Shown here: one piece after another, positions 19,465 to 28,621 of the stretch
How positions within the stretch are numbered: position 1 is the first letter of the stretch
Layout of the letters: each line of letters begins with the position of its first letter
Source: Acidimicrobiia bacterium
GTDB lineage: Bacteria; Actinomycetota; Acidimicrobiia; Acidimicrobiales; Bin134
Direction of reading: 5' to 3'
Assembly: GCA_009843865.1 (NCBI GenBank)
Contig: VYCQ01000024.1
Coordinates: 2,638 to 66,637 of the forward strand
DNA length: 64,000 nt
The notes under the pieces: model-generated
Database searches by the model: none
The model's input: the letters and a program-made list of their open reading frames with translations, nothing else
Told to the model about the DNA's origin: nothing
Made by a program: the position numbers and the translations under genes

Positions 19465-20726
19465 GGTGTTGCAGCCAGCAAATCAGGGCCGATGGCTTGG
19501 ATAATCCGCACAGTATGAAATTGGCCAACCTTCAGATGTTCAGGAACAGCAATTATGCCGTCAATCTCAGGAGCTTCTCGATAGCTGCGTGCTACGCCAG
19601 GGGCATCCACCAACACTTTGACCTCACAGCCGATGAGTTGGTCACGCTTGGCGGCAGTAATTTGATCTTGCACTTCGCTCAACTCTCGCAGACGTTCAGC
19701 TGCTAGCTCCGCAGGCACTTGGCAATCAAGAGTGGTGGAATAGGTGCCAGCTTCAGGCGAGTAAGCAAAAAAACCGCACCAATCCAAGTTCATCTCATTC
19801 AAGAACTCCAGCAGAGCATCATGATCGGCTTCAGTCTCGCCCGGGTAACCCACGATGAAGTTAGAGCGAAACACCGCGTCGGGCCGACACTGACGTATCT
19901 TGGCAATACGAGTAGCAAAACGCTCGCCATCACCCCAACGCCGCATTCGAGCCAACAATGGCCTTGAAACATGCTGAAGCGACAAGTCAAAGTACGGCAC
20001 TGAGCTGTTACAAATAGCATTGATGAGGGGGGCGGTGAGATCAGAAGGATACAGGTAAAGCAACCTCAGCCAGCTCACACGCTGCGTGAGCTGCTGCATT
20101 AGCGGAACGATACTACGCTCACCTTGACCTTGATCGCGTCCATAAGCAGCCAAATCTTGGGCCACCAACACCACCTCTCGTACCCCAAGCTGATCGACTT
20201 CAGCCAAAATAGCATTCATAGATCGAGAACGCTGAGGGCCGCGAAAGCTAGGAATAGCGCAGTAACCACAACGTCGGTCGCAACCCTCGGCGATCTTCAC
20301 ATAGGCCCATGGCGCAGCAACAGGAGAGCGCGGCAAATTCAACAGATCGAACTCGGGCACTTGTATAGCTTGACACGATGAGGATGCATCAGAAGATGAG
20401 CTGGCCCCAATGCTCACGGGTACCCCAAAGCCCGCTACACGATCAACCTCAGGCATGGCCTCAGCCAACTCTGCGCCGTAACGCTCAGCCATGCATCCTG
20501 TTACCACTAGTTCGGCCTCGGCTGCTTCAGCCCGCATACGCAACACGGTTTCAACCGATTCTTGGCGGGCCTCCTCAATAAACGCGCAAGTATTCACCAC
20601 CACTAGCTGAGCCTGATCGGCCGAAGCAGCCTCAACCATGCCTTGTTGGCATAGCAGACCGGTGATCTTTTCAGAATCAACCTGGTTTTTGGGACACCCT
20701 AACGTCTCCACCCAAAAGCGGCTCAC
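19461..20726 (-). CDS. rimO: ribosomal protein S12 methylthiotransferase
   Basis: LGCPKNQVDSE N-domain, radical SAM CDRRCGYC, TRAM domain, and actinobacterial synteny with pgsA. Confidence 0.85.
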   Translation of the reverse strand: MSRFWVETLGCPKNQVDSEKITGLLCQQGMVEAASADQAQLVVVNTCAFIEEARQESVETVLRMRAEAAEAELVVTGCMAERYGAELAEAMPEVDRVAGFGVPVSIGASSSSDASSSCQAIQVPEFDLLNLPRSPVAAPWAYVKIAEGCDRRCGYCAIPSFRGPQRSRSMNAILAEVDQLGVREVVLVAQDLAAYGRDQGQGERSIVPLMQQLTQRVSWLRLLYLYPSDLTAPLINAICNSSVPYFDLSLQHVSRPLLARMRRWGDGERFATRIAKIRQCRPDAVFRSNFIVGYPGETEADHDALLEFLNEMNLDWCGFFAYSPEAGTYSTTLDCQVPAELAAERLRELSEVQDQITAAKRDQLIGCEVKVLVDAPGVARSYREAPEIDGIIAVPEHLKVGQFHTVRIIQAIGPDLLAATP

Positions 20727-20736
20727 CTTAATGAGG

Positions 20737-21840
20737 TTACGGGAAACCCGTCACCGCGTCAGCAGCATCACCAACAGATAAAAATATCGGTGTCAAACCG
20801 CTGGCCACGGTCGCAGATGCAACGGTCGAACTTGCAGACACGGAGGCAGAAGGCACGGATGCGGCAAACGCGACCTCTTGATTGTGGTCGGAGATCAAAA
20901 ACGGCAACGACACAAGATACACGGCCAATAGCAGCGCTCCCTCCCACCAACGCTGGAGCCCTTCGCCCTCATACATCAACACCCATGCCCCAACCGACAC
21001 ACCCACCATGATCCACACGGCTAAACCCGACAGATTGGAATCCAGCAGCGGCCCAGGTCCAACCAATGCCACCACCGCGCTCACCAACAAGCTGTTAAAG
21101 GTGTTGGAACCCAAGATATTGCCCACCATTAGATCGGTCTCACCACGGCGTGCAGCCTGCACACCGGTGATCAGCTCTGGTAATGAAGTGCCAAAAGCAA
21201 CCAAAGACAACCCAACAAACCCCGAACCCCAACCTACTTTTTCGGCAATATCAACTGCACCGATAACCGCTAGTTGCGCACCCGCTATGGTGGCGGCCAA
21301 CCCCAACGCGGTGCGAAATAACTCAACGGACTGAACAATAGGCTTATGAACCGGCACTGCCCTAGCAGCCAAGCTCGCATGAGAACGCAACATGATAATG
21401 GTCATGGCCACCGCAAAGGCAACCAACAACACCACGCCTTCCCAACGCTCAAACCCATCTTGCACCAACACCCAAAACAACAGCACTGCACCCAGAGAGA
21501 TCACACCCTCTCGCCACAATGTGTGGTTGGCCACGCGGATGTAGCGACCTCCTGCTGCCAACACGCCTACCAGAGCCGCCAAGCCCAACACCAAAGACAA
21601 ATTGGCCACATTAGAACCGATGATGTTGCCCACCCCTAAATCAACATCGCCGTCAGCAGCTGCAAGGCCAGACACCAACAACTCAGGTGCACTGGTGCCA
21701 AAGCCAATCACCAGCGCACCTATCACAATGGGAGAGATACCTCGAGCCAAGGCAAGCCGAGAAGCCCCGACCACCAACTGGTCGGCACCAACTGCCAACA
21801 CAACCAACCCCACCACCAACAACACTGCCGCTAACGTCAC
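20737..21840 (-). CDS. Na+/Ca2+ exchanger (CaCA) family membrane protein
   Basis: Two alpha-repeat motifs, GNIIGSNVANLSLVLG and GNILGSNTFNSLLV. About 10 TM segments. Confidence 0.8.
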   Translation of the reverse strand: MTLAAVLLVVGLVVLAVGADQLVVGASRLALARGISPIVIGALVIGFGTSAPELLVSGLAAADGDVDLGVGNIIGSNVANLSLVLGLAALVGVLAAGGRYIRVANHTLWREGVISLGAVLLFWVLVQDGFERWEGVVLLVAFAVAMTIIMLRSHASLAARAVPVHKPIVQSVELFRTALGLAATIAGAQLAVIGAVDIAEKVGWGSGFVGLSLVAFGTSLPELITGVQAARRGETDLMVGNILGSNTFNSLLVSAVVALVGPGPLLDSNLSGLAVWIMVGVSVGAWVLMYEGEGLQRWWEGALLLAVYLVSLPFLISDHNQEVAFAASVPSASVSASSTVASATVASGLTPIFLSVGDAADAVTGFP

Positions 21841-21879
21841 CTGTTGAGACTACCTAGCCATGCCTGCCTTGTTGTGGGG

Positions 21880-24369
21880 TTAGGAAGATTCGCTCAACAA
21901 TTCCTCAGAACTCATCAACACTTCGCGAGCCTTAGAACCCTCTGAAGGGCCCACCACACCCCGCTGTTCAAGCAAATCCATAAGACGACCAGCCCGAGCA
22001 AAACCCACTCGCAGCTTACGCTGCAACATAGAAGTAGAACCCGATTGCGACTCCACCACCAGTCGCATTGCCTGCTCCAGCAACTCATCGTCTGAATCAT
22101 CACTGTTATTGGCTTTAGACGAAGGGGACAACAAATCAATATCAACACCAGTGTTTTGCGAGGTAACCGCAGCATCATCAGTCGCTGACCCCAAAGCGGC
22201 GGCCTGCCTACGCCAATTGCCCACCACAGCACGAACCTCCGACTCGGTAACCCAAGCCCCTTGGATACGTGTCGGCAAGGTTGAGGTGGGACTAAGCAAC
22301 AACATGTCGCCCCTACCTACAAGCCGCTCAGCACCCTGCTGATCGAGAATTACACGACTATCAGTTTGACTGGACACCGCAAAAGCCAAGCGAGCAGGAA
22401 TATTGGCCTTAATCACGCCAGTGATCACGTTGATAGAAGGACGCTGCGTGGCGATCACCAAATGAATGCCCACTGCACGAGCCTTTTGAGCAATACGACA
22501 AATAGAATCCTCTACATCACGAGGAGCCACCATCATTAGATCAGACAGCTCGTCTACTACAACCAAAACAAGCGACATTGGCTCTAAAGGTTCAGCCTCT
22601 TGGTTGTTTTGACTCACCGTATGGTTGTAACCATCGATATCACGCACCCCCACTGAAGCCAAGAGCTCATAGCGGCGATCCATCTCTCGACATGCCCATG
22701 CCAAAGCATTGGCAGCTTTTTTAGGATCAGTCACCGGTTGAGTCAACAGATGGGGCACGTTGGAGTACTGGGCCATCTCCACCATCTTGGGATCTACCAA
22801 AATCATGCGCACCTGATCGGGTGTGGTGCGCATCAGCACAGAAGTGAGCATAGAGTTGATGCACGACGACTTACCTGCACCTGTGGCACCTGCAATCAAG
22901 ATATGAGGCATGCGCGATAAATCCATAACAACCGCTTTGCCGTCGATGTCTCTGCCTATGGCCACCTCAAGGGGGTGAGTGGCTCGAGCAGCTTCAGGTG
23001 AAGACAAAATACTGCCCAAAGTCACCACTTGACGATCGGTGTTGGGCACCTCAATACCAATGGCCTGACGGCCTGGAATAGGTGCCAAGATGCGCACATC
23101 AGGTGAAGCCAAAGCCAAAGCAATGTCTTTGTTCAAGCTGGTCACCCGGCTCACCTTTACCCCTGAAGCCAACTCCAACTCATAGCGAGTCACGGTGGGA
23201 CCAACCACCATGCCAATCAGCTTGGCGCTCACATCATGAGCAGCTAGAGCTTGTTCTAGTGCTAGGCCCTTGCGGGAAGCTTCGTCTTGACCCACCTGCT
23301 TAGCTTCGTTGCCGTTCAGCAAATCTAAAGGCGGCAAACGCCACTTAGAGGTCTGCGGGTGTCCATAACCACTAGATGCAGGAACGTCAGACTCAGAAGC
23401 ATCAGCCAGCGATGCCTGCGTGGGTGACTGAGCCCGAGATTTGCGAGCCAGCCGCTTTGAGTTTGAGGCGACGATCTCAGGTGCCCGCCAGACCTCTCTA
23501 GGTTCTGATGTAGAGTGCTCTGCCTTAGGATCTTCTTCTTGCGATGCGTATTGGGTCGACACCGAATTAGCTTCGCTAAGAGGTTCCTCGCCATGTGGCG
23601 TTTTACGCACTACCAAGATTCGCCGAACCTGCTGCACTAACCAAGATCTCAGAGCAGCAGGTTCAATCGTTCGCGCCCAAGCACGCAGCGACACCTGCGT
23701 AAGCACTACCAAGCCAACCATGCCGACAACACTCAGCACCAAGGCGGCACCCCAAGTTCCTGCGCCTGAAACAAGCAAACCTCCAAGTGTCCAACCCAGA
23801 ACCCCGCCAGCGTCTGCGAGCCCCTCTAGGTCGCCGACATCGGGACGATCAACCACAATGTGCAACAGGCCGGTGACCGACAACACCGTCAACAGTGCGC
23901 CGATCAGCAAGCGAACCGCCAACACAGCTTCAGCGCGAGCTGCGTCGTTGGCGCTGCCGTTAGGCATCTCCTGATCAAATGGAGACAAGGTAAACCTTGA
24001 CGAACGAGCCCCGGCACTATCTAGAGGGTCACCATCTGACTGAGAGGGTCGAGGGCCACGCAGCATGGCAATTCCAAAAAACACAAGCATGATCGGCAGT
24101 GCTACCCGAGCTGACCCGATCAACGCCCCCAAAACCACTCTAAGGCCATTGCCTAATGGCCCTGCTGCGTCAGCCCAAAGCCCAAAAGCAGCCAAGATGC
24201 CAGCCAAAATTGAGCCCAACGCTACGATGTCAACACGGTGACGAACCCAAACCGCAGCCACCGCCTGCTTCATCCGACCATCCGATGCTAAAGGAGCTTT
24301 GGTTTTAACGTGGCTGCTGACCTTGGCGGGGCGACCAGGTTTGCTATGAGCTTTACGAGCAGTTTTCAT
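21880..24369 (-). CDS. ftsK: DNA translocase FtsK
   Basis: N-terminal TM domain, low-complexity linker, motor domain (GATGAGKS, VVDELSDLMM) and a C-terminal gamma wHTH (STSMLQRKLRVGFARAGRLMD). The start is set at MKTARK (24369), though the maximal ORF reaches 24432. Confidence 0.92.
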   Translation of the reverse strand: MKTARKAHSKPGRPAKVSSHVKTKAPLASDGRMKQAVAAVWVRHRVDIVALGSILAGILAAFGLWADAAGPLGNGLRVVLGALIGSARVALPIMLVFFGIAMLRGPRPSQSDGDPLDSAGARSSRFTLSPFDQEMPNGSANDAARAEAVLAVRLLIGALLTVLSVTGLLHIVVDRPDVGDLEGLADAGGVLGWTLGGLLVSGAGTWGAALVLSVVGMVGLVVLTQVSLRAWARTIEPAALRSWLVQQVRRILVVRKTPHGEEPLSEANSVSTQYASQEEDPKAEHSTSEPREVWRAPEIVASNSKRLARKSRAQSPTQASLADASESDVPASSGYGHPQTSKWRLPPLDLLNGNEAKQVGQDEASRKGLALEQALAAHDVSAKLIGMVVGPTVTRYELELASGVKVSRVTSLNKDIALALASPDVRILAPIPGRQAIGIEVPNTDRQVVTLGSILSSPEAARATHPLEVAIGRDIDGKAVVMDLSRMPHILIAGATGAGKSSCINSMLTSVLMRTTPDQVRMILVDPKMVEMAQYSNVPHLLTQPVTDPKKAANALAWACREMDRRYELLASVGVRDIDGYNHTVSQNNQEAEPLEPMSLVLVVVDELSDLMMVAPRDVEDSICRIAQKARAVGIHLVIATQRPSINVITGVIKANIPARLAFAVSSQTDSRVILDQQGAERLVGRGDMLLLSPTSTLPTRIQGAWVTESEVRAVVGNWRRQAAALGSATDDAAVTSQNTGVDIDLLSPSSKANNSDDSDDELLEQAMRLVVESQSGSTSMLQRKLRVGFARAGRLMDLLEQRGVVGPSEGSKAREVLMSSEELLSESS

Positions 24370-24432
24370 AACAACAACAACAAACGTACCACTACCAACA
24401 CCAGCAACCAATGGTTTCTGGTAATAAAGCAA

Positions 24433-26091
24433 CTAGACTTGTATCACCACAGGCACAATCATTGGACGACGGGCTGTGTTTTGGTTCACAAACTGACCTG
24501 CGGCGCGGCGCACGGTACGTGCTAAACCGTTTGTTTGACCTGAAGCAAGCAATTTCTCCACCGCAGCTTCTACCTCATCTGCTCCTACGTCCGCTAGCTT
24601 CTGGGTCAACTCATTGCCCACCCAGCCACGGCTTTCAAAACGAGGCTTGGTCAACAAGCGCTTGTCTTCGTAACTCACCACCACCACCACGCTTACCACG
24701 CCTTGTGTGCCCAAAATAGCTCTGTCTGCAAATAGATCGAAACCACTTTCCACGGTTTGACCGTTCACATAATAATAATCGCCCGAAGTTACTTGACCCC
24801 GGTGTACAAGCCCTTCGTCGCTTAGCTCGACCTGATCGCCGTCTTTGGCTCTGACCACCTGCGACCGAGGCATGCCCATCTGTTCGGCTAACTCAGCATG
24901 AGCAACCAAATGGCGTAGCTCACCATGAACCGGCACAAAGTACTCCGGGTTGACCACGGTATGCAGCGTACGCAGCTCGTCTTGTTTGCCGTGACCACTC
25001 GTGTGTACTTCTAGCTGTCCGTTATGCACCACCTCGGCCCCTCGATCCACCAGGGCATTGATCATCTTGGCCACCCGAGCCTCATTGCCAGGGATGGGAC
25101 TAGAGCTCAACAACACAACATCATCGGGGCCAACTTCGATCCAACGATTATCGCCAATGGCGGCCATGGCCAAAGTTGAGCGCACCTCACCTTGCGAACC
25201 AGTGGCCACCACACACACCTCACCTGAAGAATATTGCTCGGCTTGAGAAATGTCGATCACGGCACTGTCGGGTATTTGAAGCAGCCCCAACTCGCGGGCC
25301 AAACCAAAATTGCGTTTCATCGACAACCCCAGCGTGGCCACCTTCCGACCCGCAGCAACCGCCACGTCGGCTACCTGCTGAATACGGTGGATGTGACTAG
25401 CAAAAGCCGCCACCACCAATCGCTTGTTGGGGTGCGCTGCAAACACCTCTCGCAGAACCGGGCCAATAGTGGATTCTGAACGGGTACTGCCCGGCATGTC
25501 AGAGTTGGTGGAATCGCACAGCAACAAGCGCACCCCCTCAGCACAAGCTATGGCACCAATGCGGGCTAAATCGGTACAACGACCGTCTACCGGATTGAGA
25601 TCCAGCTTGAAGTCGCTGGAATGCAAGATCACCCCCTGAGGAGTACGGATAACAGAAATCAACCCTGAAGGAATAGAGTGTGTGACTGGAATAAACTCAA
25701 AGTCGAACGAACCGATGCTTATACGGTCGTAGTCGCCTATAGGACGCAGCTCCGTGCGATCCAAAAGGCCATGTTCTCCTAAACGTCTGTGAATCAACCC
25801 CAAGGTAAAGGGCGTGGCATAAATAGGAAACGAAAGCCACTGTAACGCATAAGGCAGCCCGCCGATGTGGTCTTCATGCCCATGTGTACACACACATGCC
25901 ACTATCCGGTCGGCCCGATCCCGCAAATATTCCAAGTCGGGCAGCACGAAATCAACCCCGGGCATATCCTCGTTGGGAAATAAAACACCGCAATCTAACA
26001 ACAGCACCTCATCGCCACACTCAATAGCCGCACAATTGCGACCTATGTCGCCCAACCCGCCCAAAAAAGTAACCCGAACCGACTTAGTCAT
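24433..26091 (-). CDS. rnj: ribonuclease J
   Basis: Metallo-beta-lactamase / beta-CASP RNase J: FLGGLGDIGRNC, HGHEDHIGG. The preferred start ATG 26091 overlaps the dapA stop in ATGACTAA. Confidence 0.92.
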   Translation of the reverse strand: MTKSVRVTFLGGLGDIGRNCAAIECGDEVLLLDCGVLFPNEDMPGVDFVLPDLEYLRDRADRIVACVCTHGHEDHIGGLPYALQWLSFPIYATPFTLGLIHRRLGEHGLLDRTELRPIGDYDRISIGSFDFEFIPVTHSIPSGLISVIRTPQGVILHSSDFKLDLNPVDGRCTDLARIGAIACAEGVRLLLCDSTNSDMPGSTRSESTIGPVLREVFAAHPNKRLVVAAFASHIHRIQQVADVAVAAGRKVATLGLSMKRNFGLARELGLLQIPDSAVIDISQAEQYSSGEVCVVATGSQGEVRSTLAMAAIGDNRWIEVGPDDVVLLSSSPIPGNEARVAKMINALVDRGAEVVHNGQLEVHTSGHGKQDELRTLHTVVNPEYFVPVHGELRHLVAHAELAEQMGMPRSQVVRAKDGDQVELSDEGLVHRGQVTSGDYYYVNGQTVESGFDLFADRAILGTQGVVSVVVVVSYEDKRLLTKPRFESRGWVGNELTQKLADVGADEVEAAVEKLLASGQTNGLARTVRRAAGQFVNQNTARRPMIVPVVIQV

Positions 26092-27004
26092 GCGCGCTCT
26101 CAACATGCACACCTGCCAATGCTGTGCTGACGAGCACCTGAGCGGCTTGCTGACTAAGACCTTCGGGCTCTACATCCATTGGAGGTCGACAGAAACCTAC
26201 CGGTATTCCCAACAAACGCATCATAGCCTTTGCGGGAATTGGGTTGGGCGCTACTGGGCTGGTCTCATAGGCAAACGATGGCATTAAATTGGCATTAATA
26301 CTGCGAGCAGCAGCTACATCACCCTGCTCAAAAGCAGCAATCATTTGAGCGTGCTCAACACCAGTCCAATGGGTTGCTACGCCAATCACACCCACAGCAC
26401 CCACGGCCAAGAGGCTCAGGGTAAGTCCGTCATCGCCGCTATAAACCTCAAACCCATCGGGAGCCTCGGCAATCAGCTTGGCCGTTTCGCCAGGGTCTCC
26501 AGCCGCATCTTTAACACCCACTATGTTGGGCACCTCACTGGCCAAATACAACAAGGTGGCGGTGTCCACCTTGCGTCCGGTGCGCACTGGAATATCGTAA
26601 ATCAACACCGGTAAATGAGTGGCGGCGGCCACTGCGGTAAAGTGCTTAATTAGAGCGGCTTGAGACGGACGATTGTAGTAGGGAGTAACCGATAAAATAC
26701 CGTGAGCACCTGCCTGCGTGGCCCGTTGGGTGAGGTCTACGGCCGCGGCGGTGTCGTTGCTGCCCGCACCTGCTATCACAGCCACATCGGTGGCAGCTAC
26801 AACGGCAGCAATCAGCTCGGCCTGTTCATCATGGGTCAAGGTTGGGGATTCACCTGTAGTGCCCGCCACTACCAAACCATCGTTGCCGTTAGATACAAGC
26901 CATTGAGCTAGTAAGGCAGCAACTGCGGTGTTAAGCGACCCGTCATCTCTAAACGGGGTAACCATTGCAGTGAGCACTTTGCCGAATTGAGCAGAGCCAA
27001 CCAT
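26084..27004 (-). CDS. dapA: 4-hydroxy-tetrahydrodipicolinate synthase
   Basis: TAMVTPF, GTTGESPTL, and the YNRP / catalytic-Lys region (VGVKDA). Confidence 0.92.
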   Translation of the reverse strand: MVGSAQFGKVLTAMVTPFRDDGSLNTAVAALLAQWLVSNGNDGLVVAGTTGESPTLTHDEQAELIAAVVAATDVAVIAGAGSNDTAAAVDLTQRATQAGAHGILSVTPYYNRPSQAALIKHFTAVAAATHLPVLIYDIPVRTGRKVDTATLLYLASEVPNIVGVKDAAGDPGETAKLIAEAPDGFEVYSGDDGLTLSLLAVGAVGVIGVATHWTGVEHAQMIAAFEQGDVAAARSINANLMPSFAYETSPVAPNPIPAKAMMRLLGIPVGFCRPPMDVEPEGLSQQAAQVLVSTALAGVHVESAHD

Positions 27005-27008
27005 CTTG

Positions 27009-27752
27009 TCAGCCTAGTGGGTCGCCCGGTCTCCCCAAGCGGTACAAGACCACCCCATAACCCACCGCAGTCACAACAGCGAACAAAAACCACTGCACAG
27101 CGTAGGCCAAATGTGATCCATCACTGAGCTCTAATGAAGGCACCGGGATGGGTAACTCACCAACTAATGGAGGCGATTGAGACTGCATTTGAATATAGGC
27201 AGGCAGCAGATCGGCATCTAGCTGGTGTGAGAGCCGAGCCAAATCCGGGCGGGCCATCTCGCTTAACACCTCATCTGACGGATCAGCTTGCTGTAAACCA
27301 CTAGCAGTGACGGTTGCTCGCAACAAACCCGTCACCTTCACTAGATGGGTAGGCGGCGCGTAATCAACCAATAAATCGCCTGTACCCACCCCAAATGGTA
27401 TCCACCCTCGATTCACCGCAACCAACGCCCCAGAGTCAAGTCGCAGCGGTGTCAACACCCAAAAACCTGGACTACCTTGATACGTGCGATTGCGTATCAA
27501 TACCTCTTGAGCAGCTTGAAAAAACCCTTGCGCTAAGACGGTGTTGTACTCCAGGTTGCGAGCTTCGTCAAAGGTTTGACCCGTCAACAACAAGTCATCC
27601 ACATCAACAGGAGCAAGCTGGCTGCGACCGGCAACAAGCGCGTTTTGACTACGACGTTCATTGAGACGATGAAGCTGCCAGAATCCTGCTGTGACCATGG
27701 CGGTCAATACCAACACCACCATCAGATGCAACAACAAACGCCGCAGCGACAC
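27009..27752 (-). CDS. SURF1 family (cytochrome oxidase assembly) protein
   Basis: N- and C-terminal TM helices, GFWQLHRL and VNRGWIP motifs. Confidence 0.75.
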   Translation of the reverse strand: MSLRRLLLHLMVVLVLTAMVTAGFWQLHRLNERRSQNALVAGRSQLAPVDVDDLLLTGQTFDEARNLEYNTVLAQGFFQAAQEVLIRNRTYQGSPGFWVLTPLRLDSGALVAVNRGWIPFGVGTGDLLVDYAPPTHLVKVTGLLRATVTASGLQQADPSDEVLSEMARPDLARLSHQLDADLLPAYIQMQSQSPPLVGELPIPVPSLELSDGSHLAYAVQWFLFAVVTAVGYGVVLYRLGRPGDPLG

Positions 27753-27756
27753 CCCA

Positions 27757-28527
27757 CTAAATGTTCAACACGGACTCTAGGCCCACGATGAGTCCAAAAT
27801 GACTTGGTGCAGCCTTTACCGCAGCTAACACACCCGGCATAAACGACGAACGATCCAGAGAATCCTGACGGATGGTAAGGGTTTGCCCTTGCGATCCCAA
27901 GATCACCTCATGGTGAGCCACCATGCCCCTCATCCTCACCGAATGCACGCGAATGCCTGCCGTGCCTGCCGCCCCACGCGCCCCAGGCAGTAGCTCCTGA
28001 ACGGTCGAATCGGGCACCCACTGAGTTGATGCTGCGGCCATTTTCTCCACGGTCAGACGGGCCGTACCCGATGGAGCGTCAATCTTGGCATCGTGATGCA
28101 ACTCCACCACCTCAGCAGTATCAAAGTATGGAGCAGCCAGCTCAGCAAAACGCATCATCAAAACTGCGCTGATAGCAAAATTGGGGGCGATGATGCAGGC
28201 CCTATTAGCAAACTCAAAGGCGGCTTGAAACTGTGCTAGATCAGCATCACTAAAACCGGTTGTACCCACCACTGCGTGAATGTTTTGCGATGCCAACCAA
28301 ACCAGGTTGTCGCGCGCTGCGGATGCAATCGTGAAGTCCACAACCACCTCGGCACCAGCATCCAACAACACCTCGCGCTCATTAACCGTTACCAAGTCAC
28401 CAGCAGATAACCCTGTGCAGTGCGGGTCTACTGCGGCCACCAAGTCTAAATCGGAGTCAGCAGCTACCGCTTCACAAACGGCGGCACCCATTCTGCCTCC
28501 AGCACCAAGAACCCCTACCTTATACAT
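27757..28527 (-). CDS. dapB: 4-hydroxy-tetrahydrodipicolinate reductase
   Basis: NAD-binding VGVLGAGGRMG and ELHHDAKIDAPSGTA. Confidence 0.92.
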   Translation of the reverse strand: MYKVGVLGAGGRMGAAVCEAVAADSDLDLVAAVDPHCTGLSAGDLVTVNEREVLLDAGAEVVVDFTIASAARDNLVWLASQNIHAVVGTTGFSDADLAQFQAAFEFANRACIIAPNFAISAVLMMRFAELAAPYFDTAEVVELHHDAKIDAPSGTARLTVEKMAAASTQWVPDSTVQELLPGARGAAGTAGIRVHSVRMRGMVAHHEVILGSQGQTLTIRQDSLDRSSFMPGVLAAVKAAPSHFGLIVGLESVLNI

Positions 28528-28561
28528 GATTCATACATGGTTCAGAAGAGTACATGATTCA
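28523..28561 (-). repeat. three direct copies of an 11-mer (TACATGATTCA / TACATGGTTCA / TACATGATTCA) covering the dapB start codon and leader
   Basis: Read directly from the sequence. Copies sit at 28523-28533, 28534-28544 and 28551-28561. Each copy carries an ATG on the coding (minus) strand, and the promoter-distal copy supplies the dapB start. Confidence 0.85.
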
Positions 28562-28621
28562 AAAGATATAGCCGACGACAACCAACCCCGAACTCAGTTG
28601 TCAATTCTCGTGTCGTGCAAC

